Source: Pseudoalteromonas tetraodonis (GTDB taxonomy: Bacteria; Pseudomonadota; Gammaproteobacteria; Enterobacterales; Alteromonadaceae). Taken from it: 32,000 nucleotides of DNA. The stretch spans positions 1,440,001 through 1,472,000 of the forward strand of contig NZ_CP011041.1 of assembly GCF_002310835.1 (NCBI RefSeq). The letters are read 5' to 3'. Positions 1 through 8,843 of this stretch are shown here, piece by piece; positions within the stretch are counted from its first letter, which is position 1, and each line of letters begins with the position of its first letter. Position numbers and translations under genes: made by a program. The notes beneath the pieces were generated by a model that was given only the letters and a program-made list of their open reading frames with translations, was not told the DNA's origin and ran no database searches.

Positions 1-570
1 ACAGAAGATATAGTTGTTTCGGCTATTATTGTTATTTTAATCACCCCATTATTATTGACTATTGCTGCCGCAATAAAGCTAACATCTAAGGGGCCTATTA
101 TATTTAAGCAAGATCGCTATGGCTTAGATGGCCGCAAAATAAAAGTGTGGAAGTTTCGCTCGATGACCGTGACCGAGAATAGTGATGTAGTGACTCAGGC
201 AACCAAAAACGATGCCCGCATTACTCCACTAGGTGGTTTTTTACGCCGTACTAGCCTTGACGAACTGCCGCAATTTATAAATGTTTTAAAAGGCGATATG
301 TCGATTGTTGGGCCAAGGCCCCATGCTGTTGCTCATAACGAAGAGTACCGAAAAAAAGTAGAATTTTACATGTTTAGGCATAAAACCAAACCGGGAATTA
401 CCGGTTGGGCACAAATTAATGGCTGGCGCGGCGAAACCGATACTTTGGATAAAATGGCTAAGCGAGTTGAATACGACCTACATTACATTAAACATTGGTC
501 TTTATGGTTTGATGTTAAAATAATTTTTATGACAATTTTTAAGGGATTTAAAAGTGAAAATGCGTACTAA
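1..570 (+). CDS. Bacterial sugar transferase (undecaprenyl-phosphate glycosyl-1-phosphate transferase family), C-terminal part; 5' end lies outside the window
   Basis: Frame 1 is open from nt 1 (TEDIVVSAIIVILITPLLL...), so the ATG at 55 is internal. Family-typical motifs: PIIFKQDRYGLDGRKIKVWKFRSM, DELPQFINVLKGDMSIVGPRPH, KPGITGWAQING. Its stop overlaps the next gene. Confidence 0.9.
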   Translation, partial: TEDIVVSAIIVILITPLLLTIAAAIKLTSKGPIIFKQDRYGLDGRKIKVWKFRSMTVTENSDVVTQATKNDARITPLGGFLRRTSLDELPQFINVLKGDMSIVGPRPHAVAHNEEYRKKVEFYMFRHKTKPGITGWAQINGWRGETDTLDKMAKRVEYDLHYIKHWSLWFDVKIIFMTIFKGFKSENAY

Positions 571-1768
571 TACAATTACCACTTTACTTGTTGCGTTAGG
601 CTTAAGTGCACCTGCATTGGCAGTAGAATTACAACCAGGCAGTGTAATGACTAAAGACGGCGCTGAGATTACACCTACGCTACAGTTAGGTGTGAGCAGC
701 AACGACAACTTTTTTATGACGCCGTCTGCCACTCAGTCACGTTTAATATGGAATATAGCGCCGAGTTTAAATGCATTGATTGAAGATGGCCCAGACAGTT
801 ATAAATTTGATATTGCATCAAGCACGTCGTTTCATAATAAAGACACAACCGATAACTTTACTCAAGTAAATGTAGGCGCAGGTGTGCATAAAGAGTTTAC
901 TAGTCAACACCGTTTAGATGTTACTGGTGATGCCGACTGGTTGTACGAGCCACGTGGTGGCGGATTAACTGAAGGCCAGGGCAGCGCTCTAGATGAGCTT
1001 GTAAATTATCAGCAACAAAACCTAACTGCTCGCTACGAATACGGCGCACAAAGCTCTAAAGCAATGGTTGCTTTAACTGCGGGTTACTATAACAAAAATT
1101 ACCAAAATTTTACGGCTATATCTCAATTTCGTAATTACGATAAACCTATGTTAGGTGTTATTGGTTATTATAATACCCAAGCAGGCACGCGCGCATTTTT
1201 AGAAGTAAAGCAAGAAAACTACCAATACGATGTGATTGATTCAAACGGTATTACCCGTGACTCAGACGACGTAAAAGTATTATTAGGTATGGAATGGGAA
1301 GCCACAGCCGTTACTACTGGTTCATTTAAAGTCGGTTACCAAAATAAAGATTTTGAGTCAAGCCTGCGCGATAACTTTAGTGGTTTAAGCTGGGAAGCCG
1401 CAGCTGTTTGGAAGCCGTTGACCTATTCAACTTTACAATTAGTTACCAGTCGTGCCGCTAAAGACCCTTTATTAGAAGGCGATTACATTCGCGAGAGTGT
1501 TTACGGTGCAACGTGGCAGCATGATTGGAGCGAGTATTTAAGCTCGGTAGTCAGTGCTAATTATGTTGATCAACAGTACTCTGGTAATTTTAATCGTAAA
1601 GATAAAGTTAAAAATGCCCGCCTAGGCTTAAATTATTTAGCCAGTAACTTTGGTATGGTAACCGGCTATGTTGATTTTATTGATCGTAATTCAACTCAAG
1701 CGGACATTGAATTTGACCGCGTGATTGTGGGCCTAAACTTTACATTTGCATTAAAGGGAAATGAATGA
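554..1768 (+). CDS. Secreted, probably outer-membrane beta-barrel protein of the polysaccharide locus (function unknown)
   Basis: 404-aa ORF. Signal peptide MKMRTNTITTLLVALGLSAPALA|VE. Y/G/N/T-rich alternating sequence, aromatic-rich C-terminus (LNFTFAL). GTG start at 554 or ATG at 560. Overlaps both neighbouring genes (operon). Occupies the position of vpsM in the V. cholerae vpsL-M-N-O order (from memory). Confidence 0.6.
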   Translation: MKMRTNTITTLLVALGLSAPALAVELQPGSVMTKDGAEITPTLQLGVSSNDNFFMTPSATQSRLIWNIAPSLNALIEDGPDSYKFDIASSTSFHNKDTTDNFTQVNVGAGVHKEFTSQHRLDVTGDADWLYEPRGGGLTEGQGSALDELVNYQQQNLTARYEYGAQSSKAMVALTAGYYNKNYQNFTAISQFRNYDKPMLGVIGYYNTQAGTRAFLEVKQENYQYDVIDSNGITRDSDDVKVLLGMEWEATAVTTGSFKVGYQNKDFESSLRDNFSGLSWEAAAVWKPLTYSTLQLVTSRAAKDPLLEGDYIRESVYGATWQHDWSEYLSSVVSANYVDQQYSGNFNRKDKVKNARLGLNYLASNFGMVTGYVDFIDRNSTQADIEFDRVIVGLNFTFALKGNE

Positions 1769-2286
1769 AGGTTAAAATTTTAACTGGCTTAATATTGTTA
1801 CTGAGCTTTTGTAGTTTTGCGAACGATTCGCAAAACTACATTTTAGGTGCAGGTGATAAAATAGAAATTAAAGTATTTGGCCAGCCTGATTTAGATGTAA
1901 CCTCACTGCTTGGCAATAGTGGTGAGATTAACTACCCATTTTTAGGTAAGGTGAAACTTGTGGGTTTAAGTGTTTCGCAAGTTGAGCAAACAATAAGCGA
2001 AGGCCTGCAGCCAGATTATTTAGTTAACCCTAATGTGTATGCGCAAGTTATAGAATACCGGCCTTTTTATATACATGGTGAAGTTAAAGAGCCAGGCGCA
2101 TACCCCTATCAACCCGCTATGACAGTAAATCAAGCAATAGCATTAGCCGGTGGGTTAACTGAGCGCGCCTCAGTTGACAAAATATTTATTTTTAAAGAGC
2201 AAACCAAACAGCAGCAACAAAAAGGTAGTTTAAACAGCCAAATTGCAGCGGGTGACACCATAAAAATAGAGCAGCGCTTGTTTTAA
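1765..2286 (+). CDS. Polysaccharide export protein, short Wza/OPX-like (Poly_export + SLBB type)
   Basis: Signal peptide. YILGAGDKIEIKVFGQPDL matches the Poly_export signature (Y.lg.GD.l.i.v). ATGA start/stop overlap with the upstream gene. Confidence 0.85.
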   Translation: MKVKILTGLILLLSFCSFANDSQNYILGAGDKIEIKVFGQPDLDVTSLLGNSGEINYPFLGKVKLVGLSVSQVEQTISEGLQPDYLVNPNVYAQVIEYRPFYIHGEVKEPGAYPYQPAMTVNQAIALAGGLTERASVDKIFIFKEQTKQQQQKGSLNSQIAAGDTIKIEQRLF

Positions 2287-2310
2287 GCAGTTTAAGGCAG
2301 TAATAATAAA

Positions 2311-4518
2311 ATGAATACACACTCTGAAAAACCTAGCAACAACGAGGAAGTTATTGATTTAGGTGCTTATCTTAATGTTATTAAGCAAAGCAAATGGAAG
2401 ATTTTAGGTTTTGCTATTGTAGTTACATTACTCACTATAATGGTTGCTTTAACGTTAGTGCCTAAGTATGTGGCTACAGCCACTTTATTGATTGAGTCGG
2501 AGCAAACCAAAGCGGTGAGTTTTGATGAAATTTATGGTTTAGATTCTACTAAAAAAGAGTATTATTTAACTCAGTTTGAAGTGATTAAGTCAAATAGCAT
2601 TGCCCGTGAGGTAATTACTAAACTTAACTTAAAAGATCATACCGACTTTATTGCTAGGCCTTCACTCACTGGTGAGCTTAAAGCTATTGTTAAGCAGCTT
2701 TTACCCTTTTTAAATAAAAAAGAAGGCTCTGTTCTTAGTGAAGAAGAGCAAGCAGAACGTGAAATGCTGGGCTTATTAGCTGCATTTAAGTCTCGTTTGA
2801 GTGTATCCCCAATAATTAAAACTCAGTTGGTTCGCGTTAGCTTTGAGTCGAGCGATCCTAAGTTGGCTGCGTTAGTCGCTAATACTGTGGGTGAGGTTTA
2901 CATAGAAAGCCAAATGCGCGCAAAAATGGGCATTACCCAGCAGGCATCGAGCTGGTTAAACACGCGTTTATCTGAATTACGTATACAACTAGATAGCTCT
3001 GAGGTACGTTTACAAGCCTATCGAGAAGAGCAAAAGCTGGTTGATATAGAAGGTATAGCAGGGCTGGTTACCCAAGAGCTTGAGCAAACTTCCAAACAAT
3101 TAGTTGATGCTCGCGCGACTAAAAATAACCTAGAAAGCATTAACCGTGTAATTAACGAATATGGTAACGAAAACATAGAGCTACTTGGCAGTATGCCAGA
3201 GATTACTTCACACCGTGTAGTACAAGATGTTAAACGCGAAGTAGTATTGGTTGAGAGAAAGGTAAGTGAGCTTGGTGAGGTTTATGGCCCTAAACATCCT
3301 AAAATGATTTCAGCAAAGGCTGAGCTTGTTACAGTTAAAACTAACCTAAATAAGCAAATTAAAGGTTTAATTACCGGTATAGAAAAAGAGCTCAACAGAA
3401 CCACACGTACAGTAAATGCGCTTGAACGCGATTTAGCTAAAATTCGTGATGAGTATCAAGATATTACCCGCAAAGAAACCCAATATAACCAACTAAAGCG
3501 TGAAGTAGAAACAAACCGTAATATTTTTAATACCTTTTTATCTCGCTCTAAAGAAACTGAAGTGACCAGTGACTTTAGTTCAGCTGCTGCTCGCTTTACT
3601 GACCGTGCTTATGCACCAAACCAACCTAGCAAGCCTAACAAAAAGTTAATTGTTATTTTAGCTTTTGTGGCAAGTTTTGGTTTTGCAGTGGTAATGACCT
3701 TTGTTTTTGATGCCTTAAATGACACAGTTAAAAACAAAAACGATGTAGAAAATAAACTTGCGCAGCGTATGCTTGGTTTGTTGCCTCACGTTGCAGTTCC
3801 TAAAAAGAGCTATTTTCCTATTCATGCTTATTTAGAAGATACTTATCGCCGCTTTGCTGAGTCGGTACGTACATTCCGCACTAGTTTATTGTTAACTCAT
3901 CTTGACCGAGCGCATCAGGTTATAGCGGTTACCTCTACCTCCCCAGGAGAGGGTAAAACCACCACCTCTGCCAATTTAGCGATGTCGTTGGCACAAATGG
4001 GCAAGGTATTACTGATAGATGCCGATTTACGTAAACCAACGTTAGCTAAACGTTTTGATATACCTGTATTTCACCCAGGTTTAAGTAATTTAATGATAGG
4101 TACTGAGCAACTAGCTGAGTGTGTACATGTTGATACACAATCGGGTGTCACTATTATGCCAAGCGGGCAAATACCGTCGAATCCACTTGAGCTTTTATCA
4201 AACCCACGTTTTGCTGAGTTACTTGGCGAGTTAAAAGCGCAGTACGATCACATTATTGTTGATACACCGCCTACACAGGCAGTAAGTGATGCATTAGTAA
4301 TTGCGCAAAGTGTTGACTCGGTTGTTTATGTTGTTAAGTCAGACATAACCCGTATTAAACCAATTACAGCTGGCCTTGAGCGTTTATTTGAAGTAAAAGC
4401 CCATGTTGCTGGTGTGGTACTTAACAAGGTAGATATGAGTAAGTCTAAAGATGAGCATAGTCATGGTTACTATGATTATTACGATTACTCTCAGCAACCT
4501 GAAAAGCCACAAGCGTAA
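2311..4518 (+). CDS. Polysaccharide co-polymerase / bacterial tyrosine autokinase (Wzc-like, PCP-2a)
   Basis: 735 aa. N-terminal TM plus Wzz-like periplasmic coiled-coil region and a second TM. Walker A TSTSPGEGKTTTSANLA, Walker A' LLIDADLRKP, Walker B IIVDTPP. C-terminal Tyr cluster HGYYDYYDY. Confidence 0.95.
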   Translation: MNTHSEKPSNNEEVIDLGAYLNVIKQSKWKILGFAIVVTLLTIMVALTLVPKYVATATLLIESEQTKAVSFDEIYGLDSTKKEYYLTQFEVIKSNSIAREVITKLNLKDHTDFIARPSLTGELKAIVKQLLPFLNKKEGSVLSEEEQAEREMLGLLAAFKSRLSVSPIIKTQLVRVSFESSDPKLAALVANTVGEVYIESQMRAKMGITQQASSWLNTRLSELRIQLDSSEVRLQAYREEQKLVDIEGIAGLVTQELEQTSKQLVDARATKNNLESINRVINEYGNENIELLGSMPEITSHRVVQDVKREVVLVERKVSELGEVYGPKHPKMISAKAELVTVKTNLNKQIKGLITGIEKELNRTTRTVNALERDLAKIRDEYQDITRKETQYNQLKREVETNRNIFNTFLSRSKETEVTSDFSSAAARFTDRAYAPNQPSKPNKKLIVILAFVASFGFAVVMTFVFDALNDTVKNKNDVENKLAQRMLGLLPHVAVPKKSYFPIHAYLEDTYRRFAESVRTFRTSLLLTHLDRAHQVIAVTSTSPGEGKTTTSANLAMSLAQMGKVLLIDADLRKPTLAKRFDIPVFHPGLSNLMIGTEQLAECVHVDTQSGVTIMPSGQIPSNPLELLSNPRFAELLGELKAQYDHIIVDTPPTQAVSDALVIAQSVDSVVYVVKSDITRIKPITAGLERLFEVKAHVAGVVLNKVDMSKSKDEHSHGYYDYYDYSQQPEKPQA

Positions 4519-4530
4519 CGAAGTTAATTT

Positions 4531-5259
4531 ATGATTGATATTCATACGCATATTTTGCCGGGTATTGATGATGGCGCTAAAGATTTAACTGAATCTTTAG
4601 CGCTTTTAAAATTGGCTGAAAACGACGGCATTACTCATATGGTGGCAACGCCACATATACATATGGGTCGCTTTAACAATGCGACTGCTCAAATCAAAAA
4701 CGATTTAGAGAGTTTAAAGCTAGAGGCACATAAAGAGGGTATTAATGTTAAATTAGCGGCTGCTGCTGAGGTGCGTTTAGACGTAGAACTTATGGCAATG
4801 GTGATGGCTAATAAGCTGCCTTTTATTGGTAAAATAGCAGACAAAAATGTGTTGTTATTAGAGTTACCGCATTCACACATGCCACAAGGTTACGATAAGT
4901 TTATACAGTGGCTCGCTAAACAAAACACACGCGTTATTATTCCGCACCCTGAGCGTAATCGCGATATTCAGTCAAACCTTTATTATATTCAGCACTTAAA
5001 GCAGTTAGGCTGCGACTTTCAATTAACTGCATCGAGTATTGAAGGCGAGTGGGGCGAAAGCGCTCAAGCTATAGCGTTACAAATGCTAAAAGATGGTTTA
5101 GTGAACTATGTTGCCTCTGATGCCCATTCAGTAAAGCGCCGACCGCCTATTTTAAGCCAAGCTAAAAATACAGTAGCGCAGTTAATAGGTGAAGAGCAGG
5201 CAACAGCGCTTTTTGTAACTAACCCGCTGCAATTAACCGAGAGCTTATTTAATGACTAA
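4531..5259 (+). CDS. PHP-family protein-tyrosine phosphatase (CpsB/YwqE-like)
   Basis: MIDIHTHILPGIDDGA N-terminal metal motif, ATPHIH, HPERN, ASDAHS. 242 aa. Immediately follows the BY-kinase. Confidence 0.9.
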   Translation: MIDIHTHILPGIDDGAKDLTESLALLKLAENDGITHMVATPHIHMGRFNNATAQIKNDLESLKLEAHKEGINVKLAAAAEVRLDVELMAMVMANKLPFIGKIADKNVLLLELPHSHMPQGYDKFIQWLAKQNTRVIIPHPERNRDIQSNLYYIQHLKQLGCDFQLTASSIEGEWGESAQAIALQMLKDGLVNYVASDAHSVKRRPPILSQAKNTVAQLIGEEQATALFVTNPLQLTESLFND

Positions 5260-5965
5260 ATTAAACATGGTCAAGGTAGTGCCTGCTGTTATTTTAGCTC
5301 TAATAGTGCTTGTAATTGCATATAGCAGCATGCAAAGTATGCGCGCTAATGCATGGTACTTTCATGCACTTAATATTGTGCAAGAGTCGGATGGTGCTTT
5401 ATCTGGTTCATCGCTTCAAGCTGCAGAAAATGCGATTACGTTAGCTACGAATATGGATCCCGAGCATCCTCATTATTGGCATTTTTTAGCCCATATCAAA
5501 TTACTAAGCCTCAGTGGTATAGATAGCACATCAAGTGAGCAATCAGATAAAGTAAAGCAAACATATCAACAAGCTGAGCAGGCGTTATTAAAGTCAGTTG
5601 AGCTTAGACAAACTTGGGCACAAACTTGGATGAGCTTAGCGCAAGTTGTAAGTTATCAAGAGGGACCAACAGAGCGGGTATACAATTATATTCAGCAAGC
5701 CAAAAAAGTAGGCCCATATAAGTTAGATATTCATTTAGGCATTATTCAAATTGCGTTAATGCACTGGAGTGAACTACCACCTACCTACAAAGCCCTTTAT
5801 GTGAATGAGCTTAAATTAGCTTCTAAATATGGTTATAAATTTTATGATGTGTTTAGTATGGCTGAGCAAATGAATCGTTTGCCAATAGTGTGTTTATCGC
5901 TGCAATTTGGTTCTCATTATGAGGCTATCAGAGGCAGCTGGATGTTTAATAAATACTGTGGTTAA
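5252..5965 (+). CDS. Hypothetical membrane-anchored helical-repeat protein, last gene of the polysaccharide operon
   Basis: 237-aa ORF overlapping the phosphatase stop by 8 nt. One N-terminal TM (VVPAVILALIVLVIAY), the remainder looks helical/TPR-like. I recognise no motif. Confidence 0.55.
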   Translation: MTKLNMVKVVPAVILALIVLVIAYSSMQSMRANAWYFHALNIVQESDGALSGSSLQAAENAITLATNMDPEHPHYWHFLAHIKLLSLSGIDSTSSEQSDKVKQTYQQAEQALLKSVELRQTWAQTWMSLAQVVSYQEGPTERVYNYIQQAKKVGPYKLDIHLGIIQIALMHWSELPPTYKALYVNELKLASKYGYKFYDVFSMAEQMNRLPIVCLSLQFGSHYEAIRGSWMFNKYCG

Positions 5966-5975
5966 AACACGAGCC

Positions 5976-6014
5976 ACGAGCTTCGAGTAACGGGCCTTGA
6001 ACCTCGCAGCTCGT
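5976..6014 (+). terminator. GC-rich hairpin just after the polysaccharide operon (possible terminator)
   Basis: ACGAGCT-t-CGAG (5976-5987) pairs with CTCG-c-AGCTCGT (6003-6014), 15-nt loop. The T-run (CCTTTTTT, 6031-6038) is about 17 nt downstream, so this is not a canonical intrinsic terminator. Confidence 0.3.
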
Positions 6015-6020
6015 CTACTC

Positions 6021-6926
6021 TGAACTTTAACCTTTTTTGAACCACAGAGAGCACCGAGGCGCTTCGTGCTGCACAGAGAAAAAGCTTCAATTTTGGAAAT
6101 CTAATAACTAAGAACAGTTCTTTAATCTTTGTCTTTAATTACTTTCTCTGTGTTCTCCTATCCTCTGTGGTAAATAAATTTTTAAGAGCTTATTGTAATG
6201 CCCAGGTCCGGTTGTCCGATCCCCGCAACCAGTTAACTTTCTCCTAAAACCTTTATTTTTGAACCACAGAGAACACCGAGGCGCTTCGCGCTGCACTGAG
6301 AAAAAGCTTCAATTTTGGAAATCTAATAACTAACAACAGTTCTTTAATCTTTTTCTTTAATTACTTTCTCTGTGTTCTCCTATCCTCTGTGGTAAATAAA
6401 TTTTTAAGAGCTTATTGTAATGCCCAGGTTCGGTTGTCCGATCCCCGCAACCAGTTAACTATCTCCTAAAACCTTTATTTTTGAACCACAGAGAGCACCG
6501 AGGCGCTTCGCGCTGCACTGAGAAAAAGCTTCAATTTTGGAAATCGAATAACTAACAACAGTTCTTTAATCTTTGTCTTTAATCACTTTCTCTGTTTTCT
6601 CCTATCCTCTGTGGTAAATAAATTTTTAAGAGCTTATTGTAATGCCCAGGTCCGGTTGTCCGATCCCCGGAACCAGTTAACTTTCTCCTAAAACCTTTAT
6701 TTTTGAACCACAGAGAACACCGAGGCGCTTCGCGCTGCACAGAGAAAAAGCTTCAATTTTGGAAATCTAATAACTAACAACAGTTCTTTAATCTTTGTCT
6801 TTAATTACTTTCTCTGTGTGCTCCTATCCTCTGTGGTAAATAAATCACTAAGTTCTTATTGTAATAATAGGGCTGGGTGAGTGATTAAGCTCGTAACCCG
6901 ACTCCCGAGGCCCGTTAACTTTTGCC
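6021..6926. repeat. Tandem array of a 222-bp non-coding unit: 3 full copies, a 4th with a diverged tail, and a degenerate partial unit at the left edge
   Basis: Anchor GAACCACAGAGA at 6039, 6261, 6483 and 6705 (period exactly 222). Copies differ by only a few substitutions. Nested inverted repeats in each unit (copy 1: CCACAGAG 6042-6049 / CTCTGTGG 6163-6170; CACAGAGAAA 6072-6081 / TTTCTCTGTG 6143-6152). No ORF longer than about 12 codons on either strand. Confidence 0.95.
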
Positions 6927-6931
6927 TAGAC

Positions 6932-6965
6932 AAAAAAAGACCCAGAGCTAAAAGAACTCTGGGTT
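6932..6965 (-). terminator. Rho-independent terminator on the minus strand, downstream of rsmF
   Basis: Minus-strand reading AACCCAGAG-ttcttttag-CTCTGGGT followed by CTTTTTTTG. Stem 6940-6947 / 6957-6964. A second hairpin GGGCTC-gtattt-GAGCCC lies at 6972-6989. Confidence 0.7.
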
Positions 6966-7140
6966 ATAGAGGGGCTCGTATTTGAGCCCTGCGCTAACTA
7001 AAGACACTTTCAGATTCTTAGGGAGAAGAAGAAAGTTATTTAAGTATAGTCAAAAGTGCTAAAAATACACATTTTTGTTCGTTTTTTATACTACTGTAAT
7101 TACAGCAAGTTACATTTGTTATACACACCTTTATTAGAAT

Positions 7141-8592
7141 TTACGCCCAGTTTATTAACTGCGTATTTTGTACTAAATCTCGTGGTAAAGAGTTTTTAAC
7201 TTTATTTTTTTGCCATTTCCCTAAGCCAATAGGGCAACCACATAAAGTTAGGATTACCTCGCCGCTGGATTTGGTTACCTCTTCTAGGCGTATATCTTTA
7301 CCATTAAAGTAATCGTTAGCCTGTTCATTGGTTAATGCCAGTACATTACTTTTACACTGCTTACCAAATACGGTGGCAAATTCGTGCGTTAGGCGTACGC
7401 CATTTTTATGAATAACGCCTACTTGTATCCCTAATCGCGCATATTTAATTTTGTTTTGTATCGCTTCAAACTCATCAGGAAACAGCCAAAGCTCTTTGTC
7501 GCGTTGTTTTAACGTACCTGGCAGGCTTGTTAAACCAAATTGCTTTTTGAGAGAGCTCATAAACTCATCTTGCTGTTTACTGTCAAATTGGTTAAACGGG
7601 AACGCGCCTTTTTTAACTTTTAATGTTTGGTTTTCGCAGCTGCTGTGCTTTTTAAATTTGGCAATAAAAAAGCCTTCGCTGTCAAAGGTTTGCGGCCAAA
7701 CATGTAAGTAGCCCTCTGCGGTGGTGGCTTTATCAGCTCCAGGGAATAAATCGCTTAATGACTCAGGGCTTATATATTCGCCAAACTCATCTAATAATGC
7801 GCTGCATACTTGCTGGTTTTCGAGTGGGGTTAACGTACAGGTTGAATACACTAATGTGCCACCTGGTTTAAGTGCATAAAACGCACTTTTAATCAGATCT
7901 TTTTGTACTTGGGCAATGGTAATATTTGACTCGATTGACCAATTTTTTAGCGCGTCGCTATCTTTACGTACTGTGCCTTCGCCAGAGCAGGGCGCATCAA
8001 GTAAAATGCTGTCGAAGCACTCAAACATGTAGTTGCCAAATACCACACCATCAAAATGCGATAGCGCACAGTTACCTACACCCATACGCTTTAGCGTGGC
8101 ACTGAGTACTTTTAAACGTGATGACGAAAGCTCATTTGCAACTAGCACGCCTTGATTGTTCATTAGTGCAGCCAGTTGTGAGGTTTTAGAGCCCGGTGCC
8201 GAGGCCATATCGAGCACTGTGTTACTGGTTTTAAGGCTTTGCTTTAGTGCCATTGGCGGCAACATTGAGCTTGCCTCTTGAACGTAAATAGCCCCGCTTA
8301 AGTGTAAATCGGTATTGCCCAGCGCTAGGTTTTGCTCTTCATCGTTTGGGCGCTCTAACCAAAAACCTTCGTCGCACCAAGGAATAGCGGTAAGTTGCCA
8401 GTTTTTTTTAGCCGCTTGTTGCTTAAACTCTTCAACACTCATTTTTAATGTATTAACGCGAACAGATTTACGCAGTGGACGACGACATGCACTTAAAAAG
8501 TCATCTAAGTTTAGGTGCTCGGGTAAATAGGTTTTTACGTCGTTAATAAATGGCTCAGGGATGTAAGTGTTTGCGTCCACGTTTTGGCTCAT
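7141..8592 (-). CDS. rsmF: 16S rRNA m5C methyltransferase, RsmF (YebU)-like
   Basis: m5C RNA methyltransferase motifs DAPCSGEG and YSTCTL. No NusB-like N-domain, so not RsmB. Starting at ATG 8592 ([10 protein letters not shown]...) gives 483 aa, close to E. coli RsmF (about 480 aa). The upstream 50 codons of the 533-aa ORF look like promoter read-through. Confidence 0.85.
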   Translation of the reverse strand: MSQNVDANTYIPEPFINDVKTYLPEHLNLDDFLSACRRPLRKSVRVNTLKMSVEEFKQQAAKKNWQLTAIPWCDEGFWLERPNDEEQNLALGNTDLHLSGAIYVQEASSMLPPMALKQSLKTSNTVLDMASAPGSKTSQLAALMNNQGVLVANELSSSRLKVLSATLKRMGVGNCALSHFDGVVFGNYMFECFDSILLDAPCSGEGTVRKDSDALKNWSIESNITIAQVQKDLIKSAFYALKPGGTLVYSTCTLTPLENQQVCSALLDEFGEYISPESLSDLFPGADKATTAEGYLHVWPQTFDSEGFFIAKFKKHSSCENQTLKVKKGAFPFNQFDSKQQDEFMSSLKKQFGLTSLPGTLKQRDKELWLFPDEFEAIQNKIKYARLGIQVGVIHKNGVRLTHEFATVFGKQCKSNVLALTNEQANDYFNGKDIRLEEVTKSSGEVILTLCGCPIGLGKWQKNKVKNSLPRDLVQNTQLINWA

Positions 8593-8671
8593 ACAGTCAA
8601 AATAAAGCATGATAATAGCATTTTTAACGATTTTTTTCAGTGTTAAAAACGAAATAGTAACCCTTAAAAGG

Positions 8672-8828
8672 TGTCGACATCTTGTTGGGTAAAACAGCTT
8701 AAATACATTTTTTATTATACTTTCGGCTAATAATGTCGACAATATGGTGGTTTTTCACTCGATTTAAGTGGTTCTAGGGTTGACAGGTATAAATAATAAG
8801 CACATAGTTAGACCATAAATTGTCGACA
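8672..8828. promoter_or_regulatory. Divergent rsmF / prp-regulator control region with three TGTCGACA palindromes (candidate GntR-family operators)
   Basis: TGTCGACA at 8672-8679, 8734-8741 (within AATGTCGACAATAT) and 8821-8828 (within AATTGTCGACAATAT). The GT-n-AC core palindrome is the general form of FadR-subfamily GntR operators. The last site lies 16 nt upstream of the regulator ATG. Confidence 0.55.
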
Positions 8829-8843
8829 ATATAAAAATACTTT

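Noticed and set aside
5976-6920. Terminal inverted repeats bracketing the whole array (ACGAGCTT/AAGCTCGT and TAACGGGCC/GGCCCGTTA)
   Set aside because: The two short matches (8 and 9 nt) are in the wrong relative order for a true inverted terminal repeat. They could equally be read as a weak direct similarity (AGCT.CG.TAAC). They are too short to distinguish from chance.
6021-6926. CRISPR array
   Set aside because: The entire 222-bp period is conserved between copies. There are no short constant repeats alternating with unique spacers, and no cas genes in the window.
6021-6926. Integron cassette array (each unit contains GTTAAC, resembling an attC R' core GTTRRRY)
   Set aside because: I found no matching inverse core (RYYYAAC) positioned to pair with it. 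The internal inverted repeats are not at the unit ends, the cassettes would be identical and ORF-less, and no intI is present.
8593-8742. N-terminal 50-codon extension of rsmF (533-aa ORF in the track)
   Set aside because: The extension is AT-rich, has an odd composition ([26 protein letters not shown]...) and runs through the divergent promoter region with the TGTCGACA sites. The internal ATG at 8592 gives a protein of the expected RsmF length.
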